Shown here: positions 39,773-50,626 of the stretch, piece by piece
How positions within the stretch are numbered: position 1 is the first letter of the stretch
How the letters are laid out: each line of letters opens with the position of its first letter
Position numbers and translations under genes: made by a program
The notes under the pieces: generated by a model
The model's database searches: none
What the model was told of the DNA's origin: nothing
What the model saw: only the letters and a program-made list of their open reading frames with translations
Origin: a virus
Reading direction: 5' to 3' (one strand)
IMG/VR virus record: IMGVR_UViG_3300037088_000882
Location: 28,413 to 92,412 of that record
DNA length: 64,000 bases

Positions 39773-41275
39773 ATGAAAAGAATATTTAGATCAATAATAG
39801 ATGTTAAAAAAGGTGGGATGCCCACCATTCCTTATGACGAGCTTATAAGAAATTATAAGGCTTTCGAGTCAAGCCATGTTCTGGCTGAAGACCCCTCTTA
39901 TTTACAAATTTACCATTGGATTGAAGCTCACTTTCGTAAATATAAAGAGCTACCCTCTATTGATCTTTTAAAAGAAAAAGCTCAAAATGAAGGTAGTGAG
40001 ATCATATTTGCCAATCTTGAAGAGATCCTTGTTCAAACTCCTTTTTATAGGTCCGATTATCAAGCAATTTTAAAGGAGAAGTTTGAAGAACAAAACAGTT
40101 CAAATTTTAAAGAAATACTTAATAAAACCTGGCAGGTTGCAAGTTCTGGGTTAAAAATCGGGAAGAATAAACAGGTTAAAGGTATTGATGAAGCTCTAAA
40201 TTATTTCATTGGAGAAGCAAGAAAATTTAGATACGCTTCTGGCGAGATCAAGACCGAGGGAGAGATTCGTAGTGTTGAGGATCAAAAAGAGGTTATAGAA
40301 GCTTATCAGTTAAGAAAGAAAAATCCCACTGTTGGGTTATTTACAAATATTGATAAGATTGATGAGGTTTTCAGGGGAGTTCAGTTAGGGCATTTATTTA
40401 TTGTAGCTGCCTATGTCAGTCAGGGAAAAACAACTTTTGTGGCTAACATGGCTTATAATGGAATTATGCAGGGTATGAATGGGGCCTATGTGAGTCTCGA
40501 AATGACTTACGAGGAAATGAGAGATTTGATGTATGTCCTACATTGCTCAAATCCTGATTGGTATAAACATCCAAAGTACAAGCATTTGGCTGGTAAAATA
40601 TCTTATGATAAAGTTAGGCATGGGGAATTGAATGAGTTGGAAGAAGAGTTTTTTATAACTGCATCAGAAGATTTTAAGAATCGTCCTGATTTCGGTAAGC
40701 TCGAGCTCATGCAGTATTCAGGCATAACTCCATCAGTTCTTGAAATGGAATTATACGATCGAAAAGCAAAACTCTCAGAGAGTGGCCGTAATCTAGAATT
40801 TGCCATTATAGATTATGTGGGATTAATGTCTCAGGATAAGGAACTTCGATCGGGTGATGTTAAAGCTGATTTGAACCATATGTTGAAGAGACTTAAAGCT
40901 TTTGCTTTGAATTTTGATAGTGGACGTGGACTCCGAGTAATTACTCCTCACCAGATAAACCGTGAAGGGTATAAAGAAGCCATTAAAAATGAGGGCATTT
41001 ATAGGATTACAGCTCTTTCGGATGCTAATGAATCAGAGCGTTCAGCCGATGGTGTTGTTGCTTTGTATATGAATGAGGATATGAGACGTCATGGAACAAT
41101 TAAGGTTACTTGTTTAAAAAACCGTCATGGTGCAATATTTTCTCCGTTTGATGCCAATCTTGATGTGTCTATATCGAAATGTCTTCGAGATGCTATCCAG
41201 GTTAAAGGTAATGAAGGTATAAACGATGAAGCCATGGCAATTGCTAACGTTATGGACACTGTTTTGGGGGATTAA
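39773..41275 (+). CDS. dnaB: replicative DnaB-like helicase
   Basis: SQGKT, SLEM, IDYVGL, HQINR and KNRHG motifs. Confidence 0.9.
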   Translation: MKRIFRSIIDVKKGGMPTIPYDELIRNYKAFESSHVLAEDPSYLQIYHWIEAHFRKYKELPSIDLLKEKAQNEGSEIIFANLEEILVQTPFYRSDYQAILKEKFEEQNSSNFKEILNKTWQVASSGLKIGKNKQVKGIDEALNYFIGEARKFRYASGEIKTEGEIRSVEDQKEVIEAYQLRKKNPTVGLFTNIDKIDEVFRGVQLGHLFIVAAYVSQGKTTFVANMAYNGIMQGMNGAYVSLEMTYEEMRDLMYVLHCSNPDWYKHPKYKHLAGKISYDKVRHGELNELEEEFFITASEDFKNRPDFGKLELMQYSGITPSVLEMELYDRKAKLSESGRNLEFAIIDYVGLMSQDKELRSGDVKADLNHMLKRLKAFALNFDSGRGLRVITPHQINREGYKEAIKNEGIYRITALSDANESERSADGVVALYMNEDMRRHGTIKVTCLKNRHGAIFSPFDANLDVSISKCLRDAIQVKGNEGINDEAMAIANVMDTVLGD

Positions 41276-41385
41276 ATGGATGAATATAGATTCGCTCGAA
41301 TGGGTGATATTCTTTGTGAGATATCTGAATGGGATGAAGAGGATATAACTGAATTCATAGAACGCTTAATGGAGGTATTGGATAA

Positions 41386-41778
41386 ATGATTCATGAGTTA
41401 AAAACATGGCCCCAATATTATGATGTTATTATTTCTGGGCATAAAACTTTTGAAGTTAGGAAAAATGATCGTCATTTTGAAGTTGGCGACCTTTTGATTT
41501 TAAAAGAATATCACCCTATAACTGGGTACACAGGAAAACAGATAACAAAGGAAATAACTTATATCCTTCCTGGTGGAAGTCAGTTTGGCATTCATATGGA
41601 CCATGTTGTGATAGGTTTTAACCAATCGGAGGCCGAAGCCTTAAAAGAGACTGTTGGACTTCTTAAAGATGCCGTAGAAGCCTGGGAAGAGCGTGATATG
41701 GGAAATTGGTGGGATCATAATTATAAACATGTATGCGAGATCACAGGACATCAAATTCGTAACTCAGCTCAGGATTAG
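41386..41778 (+). CDS. ASCH/DUF3850 domain protein
   Basis: HELK..KTFEVRKNDRHFEVGDLLILKE. Confidence 0.85.
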   Translation: MIHELKTWPQYYDVIISGHKTFEVRKNDRHFEVGDLLILKEYHPITGYTGKQITKEITYILPGGSQFGIHMDHVVIGFNQSEAEALKETVGLLKDAVEAWEERDMGNWWDHNYKHVCEITGHQIRNSAQD

Positions 41779-41782
41779 TTTG

Positions 41783-42331
41783 ATGAAAGACCCTACCCTA
41801 GTAAAAGATCTCATTCTTGAGAAGGTTGACCTTGCCAAAGTCATGATGGACTATAAGGTTGATTTCATGTATAACCCTTCTAAGCAGGATGAAGCTCAGT
41901 TTCGTTGTCCCTTCCATGGTCAGGATACTAAACCCTCGGCTCGATATTACCGAGCTACTCAGTCCTGTTGGTGTTGGGTATGTGGTAAGCGATGGGATGT
42001 GATAGGGTTTATCATGGAACGGGAGACAATGACTTTTGTCGGGGCGGTTAATTATATTGCTAATCGTTACAAGGTTGATACCTCATCTATTCCTGATACA
42101 CCTGAATTTAAAAATCCTAAGGTTCAAAAAATTTCTGAAGATTCTGTTTTAATGACGGTACTCACAAACAGTATTATGGAGAGTAGGAAAAAATTACCTT
42201 TAGAAAAATATCGTGTAATATGTTCATTTTTTTATAAGCTTGCCTATGAGAAGAGTCTTGGACAAGACACATCTGAAGGTGTGAAAAAATTAATAGGAAA
42301 ACTGGAAAAAATAAATAATGAGTCGATATAA
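41783..42331 (+). CDS. CHC2 primase zinc-finger domain protein (stand-alone)
   Basis: CPFH..D..PS..CWVCG; no TOPRIM domain. Confidence 0.8.
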   Translation: MKDPTLVKDLILEKVDLAKVMMDYKVDFMYNPSKQDEAQFRCPFHGQDTKPSARYYRATQSCWCWVCGKRWDVIGFIMERETMTFVGAVNYIANRYKVDTSSIPDTPEFKNPKVQKISEDSVLMTVLTNSIMESRKKLPLEKYRVICSFFYKLAYEKSLGQDTSEGVKKLIGKLEKINNESI

Positions 42332-45300
42332 AGCAGCTACAGTTAGTTCAGGGGACCTTTTTGAAGAGGATAAGATTCAGACCCTTACGGGCGAGAAGCC
42401 TTGGATGAAGGATAGAGTTTTTAAGTGTGCTGAAACAATTGAAGACGTAAGGAAGTTTGTAGATAATGCTATCGATCCTGCCATTAATCCTTCGAGAAGA
42501 TGTGTCCTGGATCTTGAAACTACAGGATTAAACAGCCGAACTAAAAAACAAGTTGGTCCTGATGGTAAAATTCGTCAGGTCCCTATAACTCCTATTGTAG
42601 GTTTTTGTGTTTCCTACGACTCAAAATTTGGTTTTTATATTCCCATTAAACATTGGGATGATCCTAATAATCCAGAAGGCTATAATTTACCTGAAAAGGA
42701 AGTTTTCGAGGAAATCCGTAGGTTATGTGCGTTTTGTGTGACTATCTACCATAATGCTAAATTCGATCTACAGTTTCTGAAAAATTACGGCATTATTGTA
42801 TCTGATTTCAGAAAGTTTGAAGATACTCTCCTAAAAGCACATCTCTTTGATCCAGCCCAAAAAGATAATAAGCTTAAGCATCTATCAGAACGCCTGCTTA
42901 ATCAACCCATGATAGAATTCAGTGATATAACAGGTAAGGAAAAACGTTTTGATCTTCTTGATCCCAGGAAGATTGGTTACGTCTATGGGTCTTCGGATGG
43001 AGTCTGCACCTTTGATCTTAATAATTATTTTGATGCTCAAGAAATTGTTACAAGCCAGAAATCCATATACGACCTTGAGAGAAGAATAACCCTGGTTGTT
43101 ATGGAAATGGAATCAAACCTTGTTAAGTTGAATATCCCGTATTTAAAAGATTTACAGCATCGAACTCAAACTCGAATAGATGAAATTGAAAAGCAGATCC
43201 ATGCATTTGCTGGCCGTGATATAAATATTGCAAGTCCTCAACAATTAGGTAAGTTTCTTTTTGATGAAAAGCAATATACTTACCCTGAGAAGTCCAAGAC
43301 CGCGTCCGGGCAATATAGCACTGCAGATGCTACTCTTGAAAAGATAGCTGAGTTATACCCCATCGTTAAAAGGATTATGGAGTATCGGGGATTAGAAAAA
43401 ATAAATGGGACCTATATAACTAAACTGCTGAATAATTATGATGAGGATGAGTGTGTAAAACTTTGTTTTAATCAGTCTGGAACGGATACTGGCCGATTCT
43501 CGTCTCCTGGAGGCCAGGGCATTGATGAGGATGGTTATTCAGGGACTAACGTTCAAAGTATTCCAAAAAAGCCTGATGAGGATAATCCATGGATGGATAT
43601 GCGTAAGGCTTTTGTCCCTCGACCTGGCTTTACAATGATTGCGGCAGATTATGAAAACGAAGAGATGCGTATTGCTACGAATTACTCATTAGAGACTAAG
43701 TGGATTGATGCTGTAAAAAATGATATTGACTTTCATACGGCAACAGGAGCTATTATTGCTGGTGGTAAGGAAGCTAGCCAGGTTACTTCAAGTGAAAGAA
43801 AATTGGGTAAATGTGTTGCAAAGGGAACATTAATAGCTTCAGACCGAGGATGGCTTCCTATCGAGAAATTAAAAAAAGGGGATAAAGTAGTTACTCATAC
43901 TGGAGAGCTTAAAAGAATTACCAAGATATGGGATATGGGTGTAAAACCGGGAATGGTACTTCACACTAAAGGGAAGCATAAAATAACTTGTGGGTTAAAT
44001 CATAAGTTTCTTACAGAGAATAATGAATGGGTAAGAGCGGAAGAATTAAAAATAGGCTGTATAATAAAAACAATGGCTGTTTCTATCAAACCTTTTTTAA
44101 GTTTAGATAAAGATTGGAAATCAGGTTCGACTGAGATAAGTAAAATTAAATTTATAAATCAGGTAGATTTAATGGATCTTACAATTGAAGGGGATCATAC
44201 TTATATAGCTCAGGGTTTAGTGACTCATAATACAACTAATTTTCTGGCTCTTTATCTCGGAGGACCCAAAACATTAGCAGCAAAAGCAAAAATATCGATG
44301 ATGGAGGCCAAAAAGGTCCTGTATACTTTCTGGGAAGGTGTTCCCAAATTAAAGAAGTGGAAGGATACTGAGATTCTTAAAGCTCGAAAATTAAGGATGG
44401 TTAAAACTGCTTTCGGTCGGGTACGTTCTCTGACTAAGTATTATGAAAGTGGTGATCCTATTATCGAGTCTCATGGGGACCGTTGTGCTATAAACACGCA
44501 GATCCAGGGTTCGGCTGCAGACATGATGAAGATTGTTATGTCTAGGGTATACTTATGGATACATGAGAATAATCTTCAGGATGAGGTAAGGCTTCTTATT
44601 ACCATGCATGATGAGCTTGTTTTTGAGATAAAGACTGAGAAGCTTGAAGAGTATGTTCCATATATTGCTCGGATCATGATGTTACCCGAGATTGTAACTG
44701 ACATGCTTCATTGGCCGGTGCCTTTAACTGTAGACATCAAATATGGGGATTCCTGGAGAGCTAAGAAAACTTTCTTTAAGGATTTTCCAAATGCGAAGGA
44801 AAAACTTAATGATCTCCTAAAGTCTAAAGTTATTGAGATGCCTAAGAATCGTTATGAGATTCTTAAACAGCAAATTCCTGATCCTGTTTCTCAACAACAA
44901 GAAGTTGTTAAAGATTCAACCCCAATTAAAGAGGAGCCCATTGTTGTTGAAAAGAAAGAAGAGCCTGCTCCTGTTGTAGTAGATGTTACTCCCCAGACTG
45001 AGGCCATCTTAAAAGATCCTGTAGATTCCTTGATAACTGATGTGAGTATCCAGGAAACTGTACCGGAGGAAAAAAAAGAACCTGAAGTTGACAAGGTACA
45101 AATCGAAGATAAGATATTAGTGTTTACATTAAGGGATCGTCGGGATGTCACATTACGGCATATGAACGATATAATACGGTTTTTTATTCGAGAGATTAAA
45201 AGAGGGAGGAAATACAAGAGTCCTATGAAAACATTAAGGGTTAGGGATTCTATAGGTAATAGTCTCATGGTATCAGAGACTGAAGTACCAGAAGAGCCTT

Positions 45301-45332
45301 TTTTGACATTAGCAAGATTTTATGAAGTATAA
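42318..45332 (+). CDS. polA: family A DNA polymerase with 3'-5' exonuclease and mini-intein
   Basis: DLETTG, HNAKFD, TGRFSS, ADYENEEMR, IQGSAAD and HDE motifs. Confidence 0.93.
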   Translation: MSRYKAATVSSGDLFEEDKIQTLTGEKPWMKDRVFKCAETIEDVRKFVDNAIDPAINPSRRCVLDLETTGLNSRTKKQVGPDGKIRQVPITPIVGFCVSYDSKFGFYIPIKHWDDPNNPEGYNLPEKEVFEEIRRLCAFCVTIYHNAKFDLQFLKNYGIIVSDFRKFEDTLLKAHLFDPAQKDNKLKHLSERLLNQPMIEFSDITGKEKRFDLLDPRKIGYVYGSSDGVCTFDLNNYFDAQEIVTSQKSIYDLERRITLVVMEMESNLVKLNIPYLKDLQHRTQTRIDEIEKQIHAFAGRDINIASPQQLGKFLFDEKQYTYPEKSKTASGQYSTADATLEKIAELYPIVKRIMEYRGLEKINGTYITKLLNNYDEDECVKLCFNQSGTDTGRFSSPGGQGIDEDGYSGTNVQSIPKKPDEDNPWMDMRKAFVPRPGFTMIAADYENEEMRIATNYSLETKWIDAVKNDIDFHTATGAIIAGGKEASQVTSSERKLGKCVAKGTLIASDRGWLPIEKLKKGDKVVTHTGELKRITKIWDMGVKPGMVLHTKGKHKITCGLNHKFLTENNEWVRAEELKIGCIIKTMAVSIKPFLSLDKDWKSGSTEISKIKFINQVDLMDLTIEGDHTYIAQGLVTHNTTNFLALYLGGPKTLAAKAKISMMEAKKVLYTFWEGVPKLKKWKDTEILKARKLRMVKTAFGRVRSLTKYYESGDPIIESHGDRCAINTQIQGSAADMMKIVMSRVYLWIHENNLQDEVRLLITMHDELVFEIKTEKLEEYVPYIARIMMLPEIVTDMLHWPVPLTVDIKYGDSWRAKKTFFKDFPNAKEKLNDLLKSKVIEMPKNRYEILKQQIPDPVSQQQEVVKDSTPIKEEPIVVEKKEEPAPVVVDVTPQTEAILKDPVDSLITDVSIQETVPEEKKEPEVDKVQIEDKILVFTLRDRRDVTLRHMNDIIRFFIREIKRGRKYKSPMKTLRVRDSIGNSLMVSETEVPEEPFLTLARFYEV
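43812..44231 (+). mobile_element. mini-intein (140 aa) in PolA motif B
   Basis: GK|CVAKGT...GLVTHN|T; no endonuclease domain. Confidence 0.9.
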
Positions 45333-45530
45333 TCTTTAAAAAACCCTTGATCTATTTTTTCATATCAGTTATATTGATTTTATCGGGAGTTTTTCAAAAA
45401 AGAATATCTCCTGTAAGTAACTCGAAATAATAGAGTTACACACAATTCAAGATTGAACTTTAATACAAAAATTTAGTTCAAAAACAAAAAGTCCGTTATA
45501 TTACCACAATTAAAAAAAGGAGCCTCAAGA

Positions 45531-46235
45531 ATGGTTTCTACTAATTGTATCCCTGTCTTCATCCGCTACAATGATTCGGAATTTAGAGCTCTCGTTACCT
45601 CCATTTGTAATTCTCTCAATTATCAAGGATCTTATGAAGAAATAATTGCCGAGTTATATGAAAAAATTTGTGATAGTCCGATTCTTCAGTCTTTTAATCG
45701 GCATTATTATCGAGGTGTTGCCTCAAATAAAATGTCTACTTATCTTTACCCTATAATACGCAATCATGTAATTTCCCGTCTTAAATCTCCCGAGCATAAA
45801 ATTTTTCAGTCAATTGCCTATTCCCCATCTTACGACTCAGAAGAAACTAATGATATGGATCATGTTCTGAGTAACAATAACATTGCACCAGATTACGAAG
45901 AATTACTTTTACACAATGCTGAGGTGGATCAGGTTGATGGGCTTCGTTTAGAGTTGCAGGATTTTGCACGTCGTTATTTACATCAGTCTAAATCACGTAG
46001 GGGTAAGAAAAGTCTTTCAAAAAAATCAAGCTGTACTTTATTGGATATATATAATTATCTTTATGAGGGCTATTCGAATAAAGAGATTGCCGATATATAT
46101 GAAGTTTCTCAAATGTCAGTCAGCCATTATAAAAACAAACTTGCTAAAGCGTTATTAAAATACGGGTTCACTGTATCACCAAGACGTAAAAGGAAGGTTT
46201 GTGATGATTCAGATAACGACATGTCCGAAATGTAA
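45531..46235 (+). CDS. sigma-factor-like protein
   Basis: C-terminal HTH GYSNKEIADIYEVSQMSVS; region 2-like STYLY..IRN. Confidence 0.6.
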   Translation: MVSTNCIPVFIRYNDSEFRALVTSICNSLNYQGSYEEIIAELYEKICDSPILQSFNRHYYRGVASNKMSTYLYPIIRNHVISRLKSPEHKIFQSIAYSPSYDSEETNDMDHVLSNNNIAPDYEELLLHNAEVDQVDGLRLELQDFARRYLHQSKSRRGKKSLSKKSSCTLLDIYNYLYEGYSNKEIADIYEVSQMSVSHYKNKLAKALLKYGFTVSPRRKRKVCDDSDNDMSEM

Positions 46236-46395
46236 ATCGGGAATTGAAATTACTGAATGCAAAGAAGATGCTATCGATAGTGTTGGTGTTTTTTGCGTTA
46301 ATGAAGAATGTTTTTTCCATAGAAGTGCTATCGTAGGTCTGGATCGAACTGAACCGAGCGTTTATATTGCTGAGGAATTAAAAGTAAATTTTTAA
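46201..46395 (+). CDS. small zinc-ribbon protein
   Basis: CPKC...CxxxxC. Confidence 0.5.
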   Translation: MMIQITTCPKCKSGIEITECKEDAIDSVGVFCVNEECFFHRSAIVGLDRTEPSVYIAEELKVNF

Positions 46396-46524
46396 ATGTG
46401 AATTATGGCTGATATTATAAGTATAATATATTAGACCACAATCTGTTGTGGCCATGAGAACAATAGAGCTCAACTGGTAGATCCCCTATGTGCTCCTTTA
46501 TCACCCTATAAGAAAGGCTCATAA

Positions 46525-47316
46525 ATGAGTTTGAAAGACCTTTTTTCCAGCAAGGATTTCTTTTATTACATCCCTCTTGATAATATCAAGGTGGATCCTG
46601 ATTTTAATGTTCGAACGGAATTCGGGGATATTCCAGCACTCGCAAAAGATATAGCGACGAACGGTCTTACGCATGCCCTTACAGTACGTTTATCTGAAGA
46701 TAAAAAGTGTGTTTACATTGTAGATGGGGAACGCCGTTTTCGTGCTATCAATTACATCAATAACAATAAGCTGGTCGAAAATGGAATGCTTGATGTGAAA
46801 TGTAGCCTTGAGGAAAAAGGGTCCAATGAACAGTCTCGTATTATTCGAATGTTCTCTACTGGAGCAAATTCAAAAGCATTAACAGAAATCGAACAGGCTA
46901 AGGTTGTTTTTCGTTTGATGTCGGTTCACCATTTAAAAGTAAAAGAAATTGCTAACTCGATTGGAAGACCTCAAACATACGTTAATCACCTCCTTGACCT
47001 GCATAGTGCCCCCACCAATATTAAAGAAGCGGTAGTTGAAAAGAAAATGTCCCCAACAGCTGCTATTAAATTATCTAAAGCCCCTAAAGAAAAAAGGGAT
47101 GAAATTTTACGTAAAGCAGCCTCAGGCACAGGTAAGGTTAAAGTAAAAGACGTTGAGAAAGCTACTCAAGGAACCTCTTCTGAAATATCCTCTCGTACAG
47201 TTAAAAATTACATTAAAAAGGTCGATAAACTTATTGATGCTGGAGTGAGTAAGTACAAATGGGAATGTGTAAAACTTGGTCTTGAGATTGCTCTTGGCCT
47301 TAAAGAATTGCCCTGA
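46525..47316 (+). CDS. ParB/Spo0J-like protein
   Basis: NVR, DGERRFRA and HTH. Confidence 0.85.
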   Translation: MSLKDLFSSKDFFYYIPLDNIKVDPDFNVRTEFGDIPALAKDIATNGLTHALTVRLSEDKKCVYIVDGERRFRAINYINNNKLVENGMLDVKCSLEEKGSNEQSRIIRMFSTGANSKALTEIEQAKVVFRLMSVHHLKVKEIANSIGRPQTYVNHLLDLHSAPTNIKEAVVEKKMSPTAAIKLSKAPKEKRDEILRKAASGTGKVKVKDVEKATQGTSSEISSRTVKNYIKKVDKLIDAGVSKYKWECVKLGLEIALGLKELP

Positions 47317-47388
47317 GGAATAAAATGGTAAAAATGAAACAAGCACTTTTAGGCTTTGGTGTAGGGCTTGTAGTGGGTTTTGTTTTAG

Positions 47389-48153
47389 GTGTCGGAGCAA
47401 CACTTTTTTGGATGCTTATATCACCATGAAAAGAGTAAAAAGATGATTACCACAGACATTATTATTATTTCATATAAAGACCAGGTTCCTCTCGAAAAAT
47501 GTATTGCTTCGATTAAAAAGCATTGCAAAGATTACAATCTTATTATTGAAGATAATAATGTTGTTAATAACGGGTTTACTAAAGCCGTTAATAATGGGGT
47601 AAGAAAGGGCACAGCTCCTTATATTTGGTTGGTTAATTCTGATGCCTTGATTAGAGATAAGAAAACTCAGCAAGCCCTGATCGATCGTTTCTCTTATTGC
47701 CCTCAGGTAGGAGTAGTTGGAAGCATGCAGGTGGATTTTGATAACCATGATTTAATCAGGCATGCTGGAACAGTGCGAGCTTTTCCTGGGGGAATTCATA
47801 AGAATGGGTTGATTTCCATGGGCCATGGTAGAGTGCCTGAGAAACAGACATGGGTTAATTTTGCTAGTGTTATGTTTTCTCGTTCCATGTATAACGATAT
47901 TGGGCCTCTGGATGAATCAATGTTCTTAATCTATTCTGATAGTGATTATTGTTATTTTGCTCGGTCTAAAGGATATGAAGTATGGTATGAACCACGAAGT
48001 ATGGTCTACCATAAGCTAAATGCTTCCAAAACGGTTACTGAATGGCATAAAAAGGATATGGAAGCTTTTATGGAAAAATGGGGCATCGTTCCAGCTCCAA
48101 ATGGAAATTTTATGTACAGTGCTTTATTTTCTAAATTGGATATGTTTCCATAA
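47389..48153 (+). CDS. GT2 glycosyltransferase (start probably 47443)
   Basis: NNGFTKAVNNG, NSD and YSDSDYC motifs. Confidence 0.85.
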   Translation: MSEQHFFGCLYHHEKSKKMITTDIIIISYKDQVPLEKCIASIKKHCKDYNLIIEDNNVVNNGFTKAVNNGVRKGTAPYIWLVNSDALIRDKKTQQALIDRFSYCPQVGVVGSMQVDFDNHDLIRHAGTVRAFPGGIHKNGLISMGHGRVPEKQTWVNFASVMFSRSMYNDIGPLDESMFLIYSDSDYCYFARSKGYEVWYEPRSMVYHKLNASKTVTEWHKKDMEAFMEKWGIVPAPNGNFMYSALFSKLDMFP

Positions 48154-48291
48154 TGTGGGCATAATAATAAGTGAAACATAACGGTTTGCGTACCTCCTAC
48201 TATATTGACGCCTTCGGGCCATGTAATATAGTCCTAATGTGAGGAATGTTTTAACGGAGATTGTGCCCATATTATAAAAATTGAGGTTTGA

Positions 48292-48726
48292 ATGATAAGT
48301 CGAGATTTCGAACAAAGTAAATACCCTATATGTCGTCGTGCCCCAGTCATTTGTTTTTTCGAAAATGGGCTAACTGTTGTTTATAATAGGTTCGATTTGC
48401 GTGCTTTTTTTGCTAAAAATGGGACCACTTGTCGTTGTGTCGGTGTGTGGCCTGGTAAAAAGAGCACAGACTGCTTTACTTTAAATTCAAAAAGTTACAG
48501 CCTCATAGACACCCCCCCTGAAATACACAAGGAAATAGATAGTGCAGAATCAATTGCAGTGACATTGGATGAAAACGGTGCCTTTGAAGAAATTACTTAT
48601 ATTCCAAGTCTTTTTTTCGAGGGCCGTACTCCTATTGTTTCTAAAGAAAAGGCTTTATTCGAATATGTAAGGAAAGTAGGATTACGGTATGCTATTTCCT
48701 TATCTTCCTCTAAAAACCCTAAATAA
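48292..48726 (+). CDS. hypothetical protein
   Basis: ORF track. Confidence 0.55.
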   Translation: MISRDFEQSKYPICRRAPVICFFENGLTVVYNRFDLRAFFAKNGTTCRCVGVWPGKKSTDCFTLNSKSYSLIDTPPEIHKEIDSAESIAVTLDENGAFEEITYIPSLFFEGRTPIVSKEKALFEYVRKVGLRYAISLSSSKNPK

Positions 48727-48792
48727 TCGATAATCTATTAATTTTGCTCTCATTTGTGAACATTGTAGAAACAACACTGAAAAGGAGAGCTT

Positions 48793-49584
48793 ATGTGGGA
48801 TTTTTTTTCTGGATTACCTACCCCTATCTCAGTCGCTTTAATCGCTTTAGGAATAATCGCAATAGCTGTTATAGCAGTACGAGGAAAGATTCGGGCAAAA
48901 TTTGGAAATAAAGAAATCAATATAGGCAAAGAAGATCCTTCCTCTATTCCTCCTCCTCCCCAGTCTGGTACATTATCTTTAAGAAAATACTCCTGCGGTG
49001 ATTGTATTTTAATGCTTATGAGTAAACGGGAGAATTATGAAATTCAAGTTCGAAAAGAGAGTAATTACGTACTTAAAAGTCAAATGACATACTCTGAACA
49101 AAAATTAGCTGAATTACAATTAACATATATGGATATGATTTCTAAACTTATTCATGATTTTGTACAAAAAGATACTACAAGTGTTGAGGAGTCTGTTCAA
49201 TATAAACTTGTTGATAGCCTTTTAAGGGATGCTTTACTTAATGTTAAAAATGAGATCCGTAGATCATTCAAAGATAATGGGTTTTATGATATGGATAACT
49301 CGGAATTTTATAATTATGTGAAGAATCGTACTAAGACAGTTGAAGCCATTATCCATCAATATATGAGAAGTATTTATCCAGACCGAGGCGGAGTTTTACC
49401 TATTCATGAAATTTTAATAAATTTTGATGAACAGCAATCTTTTTTAAGTGCTTTAATGAATGATATTTATAACAATGCCCAGGATATTAAAAAGGCATCA
49501 AAAAGAAAAATAGCCGATATTGATCAAGAGTTTAAAGTATGGCTTGATCAATTTACGGCTCCTATCAGCATGATAAAAATTTAA
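48793..49584 (+). CDS. membrane-anchored hypothetical protein
   Basis: Single N-terminal TM helix; SD AAGGAG. Confidence 0.6.
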   Translation: MWDFFSGLPTPISVALIALGIIAIAVIAVRGKIRAKFGNKEINIGKEDPSSIPPPPQSGTLSLRKYSCGDCILMLMSKRENYEIQVRKESNYVLKSQMTYSEQKLAELQLTYMDMISKLIHDFVQKDTTSVEESVQYKLVDSLLRDALLNVKNEIRRSFKDNGFYDMDNSEFYNYVKNRTKTVEAIIHQYMRSIYPDRGGVLPIHEILINFDEQQSFLSALMNDIYNNAQDIKKASKRKIADIDQEFKVWLDQFTAPISMIKI

Positions 49585-49586
49585 AC

Positions 49587-50321
49587 TCATTTTTTACCTG
49601 TCAATACTTCGTTAAAAGTGCTCTCCCAACGATCTTTTGCATAATCGGTTTTAATAAACCATTTTAGCCATCTACGATTAATCTCAGAAGCTTCAACCCT
49701 TGTATACTTAGGATTATGTATTAAGCGGGATCCTTTTTTACTGTCTTTAGTTAAAAACAATTGATTTTTTTCATGGTTCTTTTTCTCTGCTTTAGTTAAG
49801 AAATCATCCTCATTAAATTTTCCAAAAACTTTGAAAAATTCTTTCCCGGTGTTAATGATCATTTCTTCGAAAGATCGGCCCCCGGTCTCGGTTCCTGCAA
49901 AGTGCCCCCAATTATCTCGATTAAACCATTTATCTAAATCTTTATCCATATAGACTGTGAAGTTAAGTTCGCTCCAATATTCGATATGATCTGGTTTCCA
50001 TTCTTCTCCATACATTTTTTTGTAAGAGACGCTTGTCTGGATGAGTCCTTTATTATCTTTTAATTCCTCTTCTGTGTAGTCTTTAAACTCTCTATCAAAT
50101 TCCTCTTTATAGAGATTATAATTTTTTGGTGTGTAGAAGAGTTCTAAAAAGCCTTTTCTTGGTTCGGTATAACCTCGTTTACAAACTTGTACGATATCAA
50201 CACATAAAAGTTGGAAAGGGGTGTATACTGTATCTAAAGATAAAGCAGGGTGGTCAGATAAATCGCATAATGTGTCCCGTGCTTTAAGGTGTTTGTTCAT
50301 TTCTGATAAGTTTTGGGGCAT
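49587..50321 (-). CDS. hypothetical protein
   Basis: 244 aa, SD AGGAG. Confidence 0.6.
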   Translation of the reverse strand: MPQNLSEMNKHLKARDTLCDLSDHPALSLDTVYTPFQLLCVDIVQVCKRGYTEPRKGFLELFYTPKNYNLYKEEFDREFKDYTEEELKDNKGLIQTSVSYKKMYGEEWKPDHIEYWSELNFTVYMDKDLDKWFNRDNWGHFAGTETGGRSFEEMIINTGKEFFKVFGKFNEDDFLTKAEKKNHEKNQLFLTKDSKKGSRLIHNPKYTRVEASEINRRWLKWFIKTDYAKDRWESTFNEVLTGKK

Positions 50322-50335
50322 TTTAATCTCCTATT

Positions 50336-50626
50336 TTATTCGATATCTTCAATTATAAACCCTTGACTCAAGGGATCAGTTGCAGCATCTAATATAGCAT
50401 CTTCTGCAGAGTCGTGAAACCATATAAGTGATCCTAAAGGTAAATTTATAGTTTCTGTTTTTTCAATTAGAATTTGTTTATCAGTTTTACGCACAATGAT
50501 TTTTTGCATAATATCGTTAGAGTCTTTGCCATTAACTACGATGCCTTCTTTTTCTTTTAGTAGGTATGAAAGGGCATTGGCAAAAGAATTTAGCATTAGC
50601 TCGTAATCTGGTTGTTCGTCTTCCAT
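50336..50626 (-). CDS. hypothetical protein
   Basis: ORF track. Confidence 0.55.
   Translation of the reverse strand: MEDEQPDYELMLNSFANALSYLLKEKEGIVVNGKDSNDIMQKIIVRKTDKQILIEKTETINLPLGSLIWFHDSAEDAILDAATDPLSQGFIIEDIE

Noticed and set aside
46462-46490. GCTCAACTGGTAGA D-arm-like fragment
   Set aside because: No acceptor, anticodon or T arm around it.
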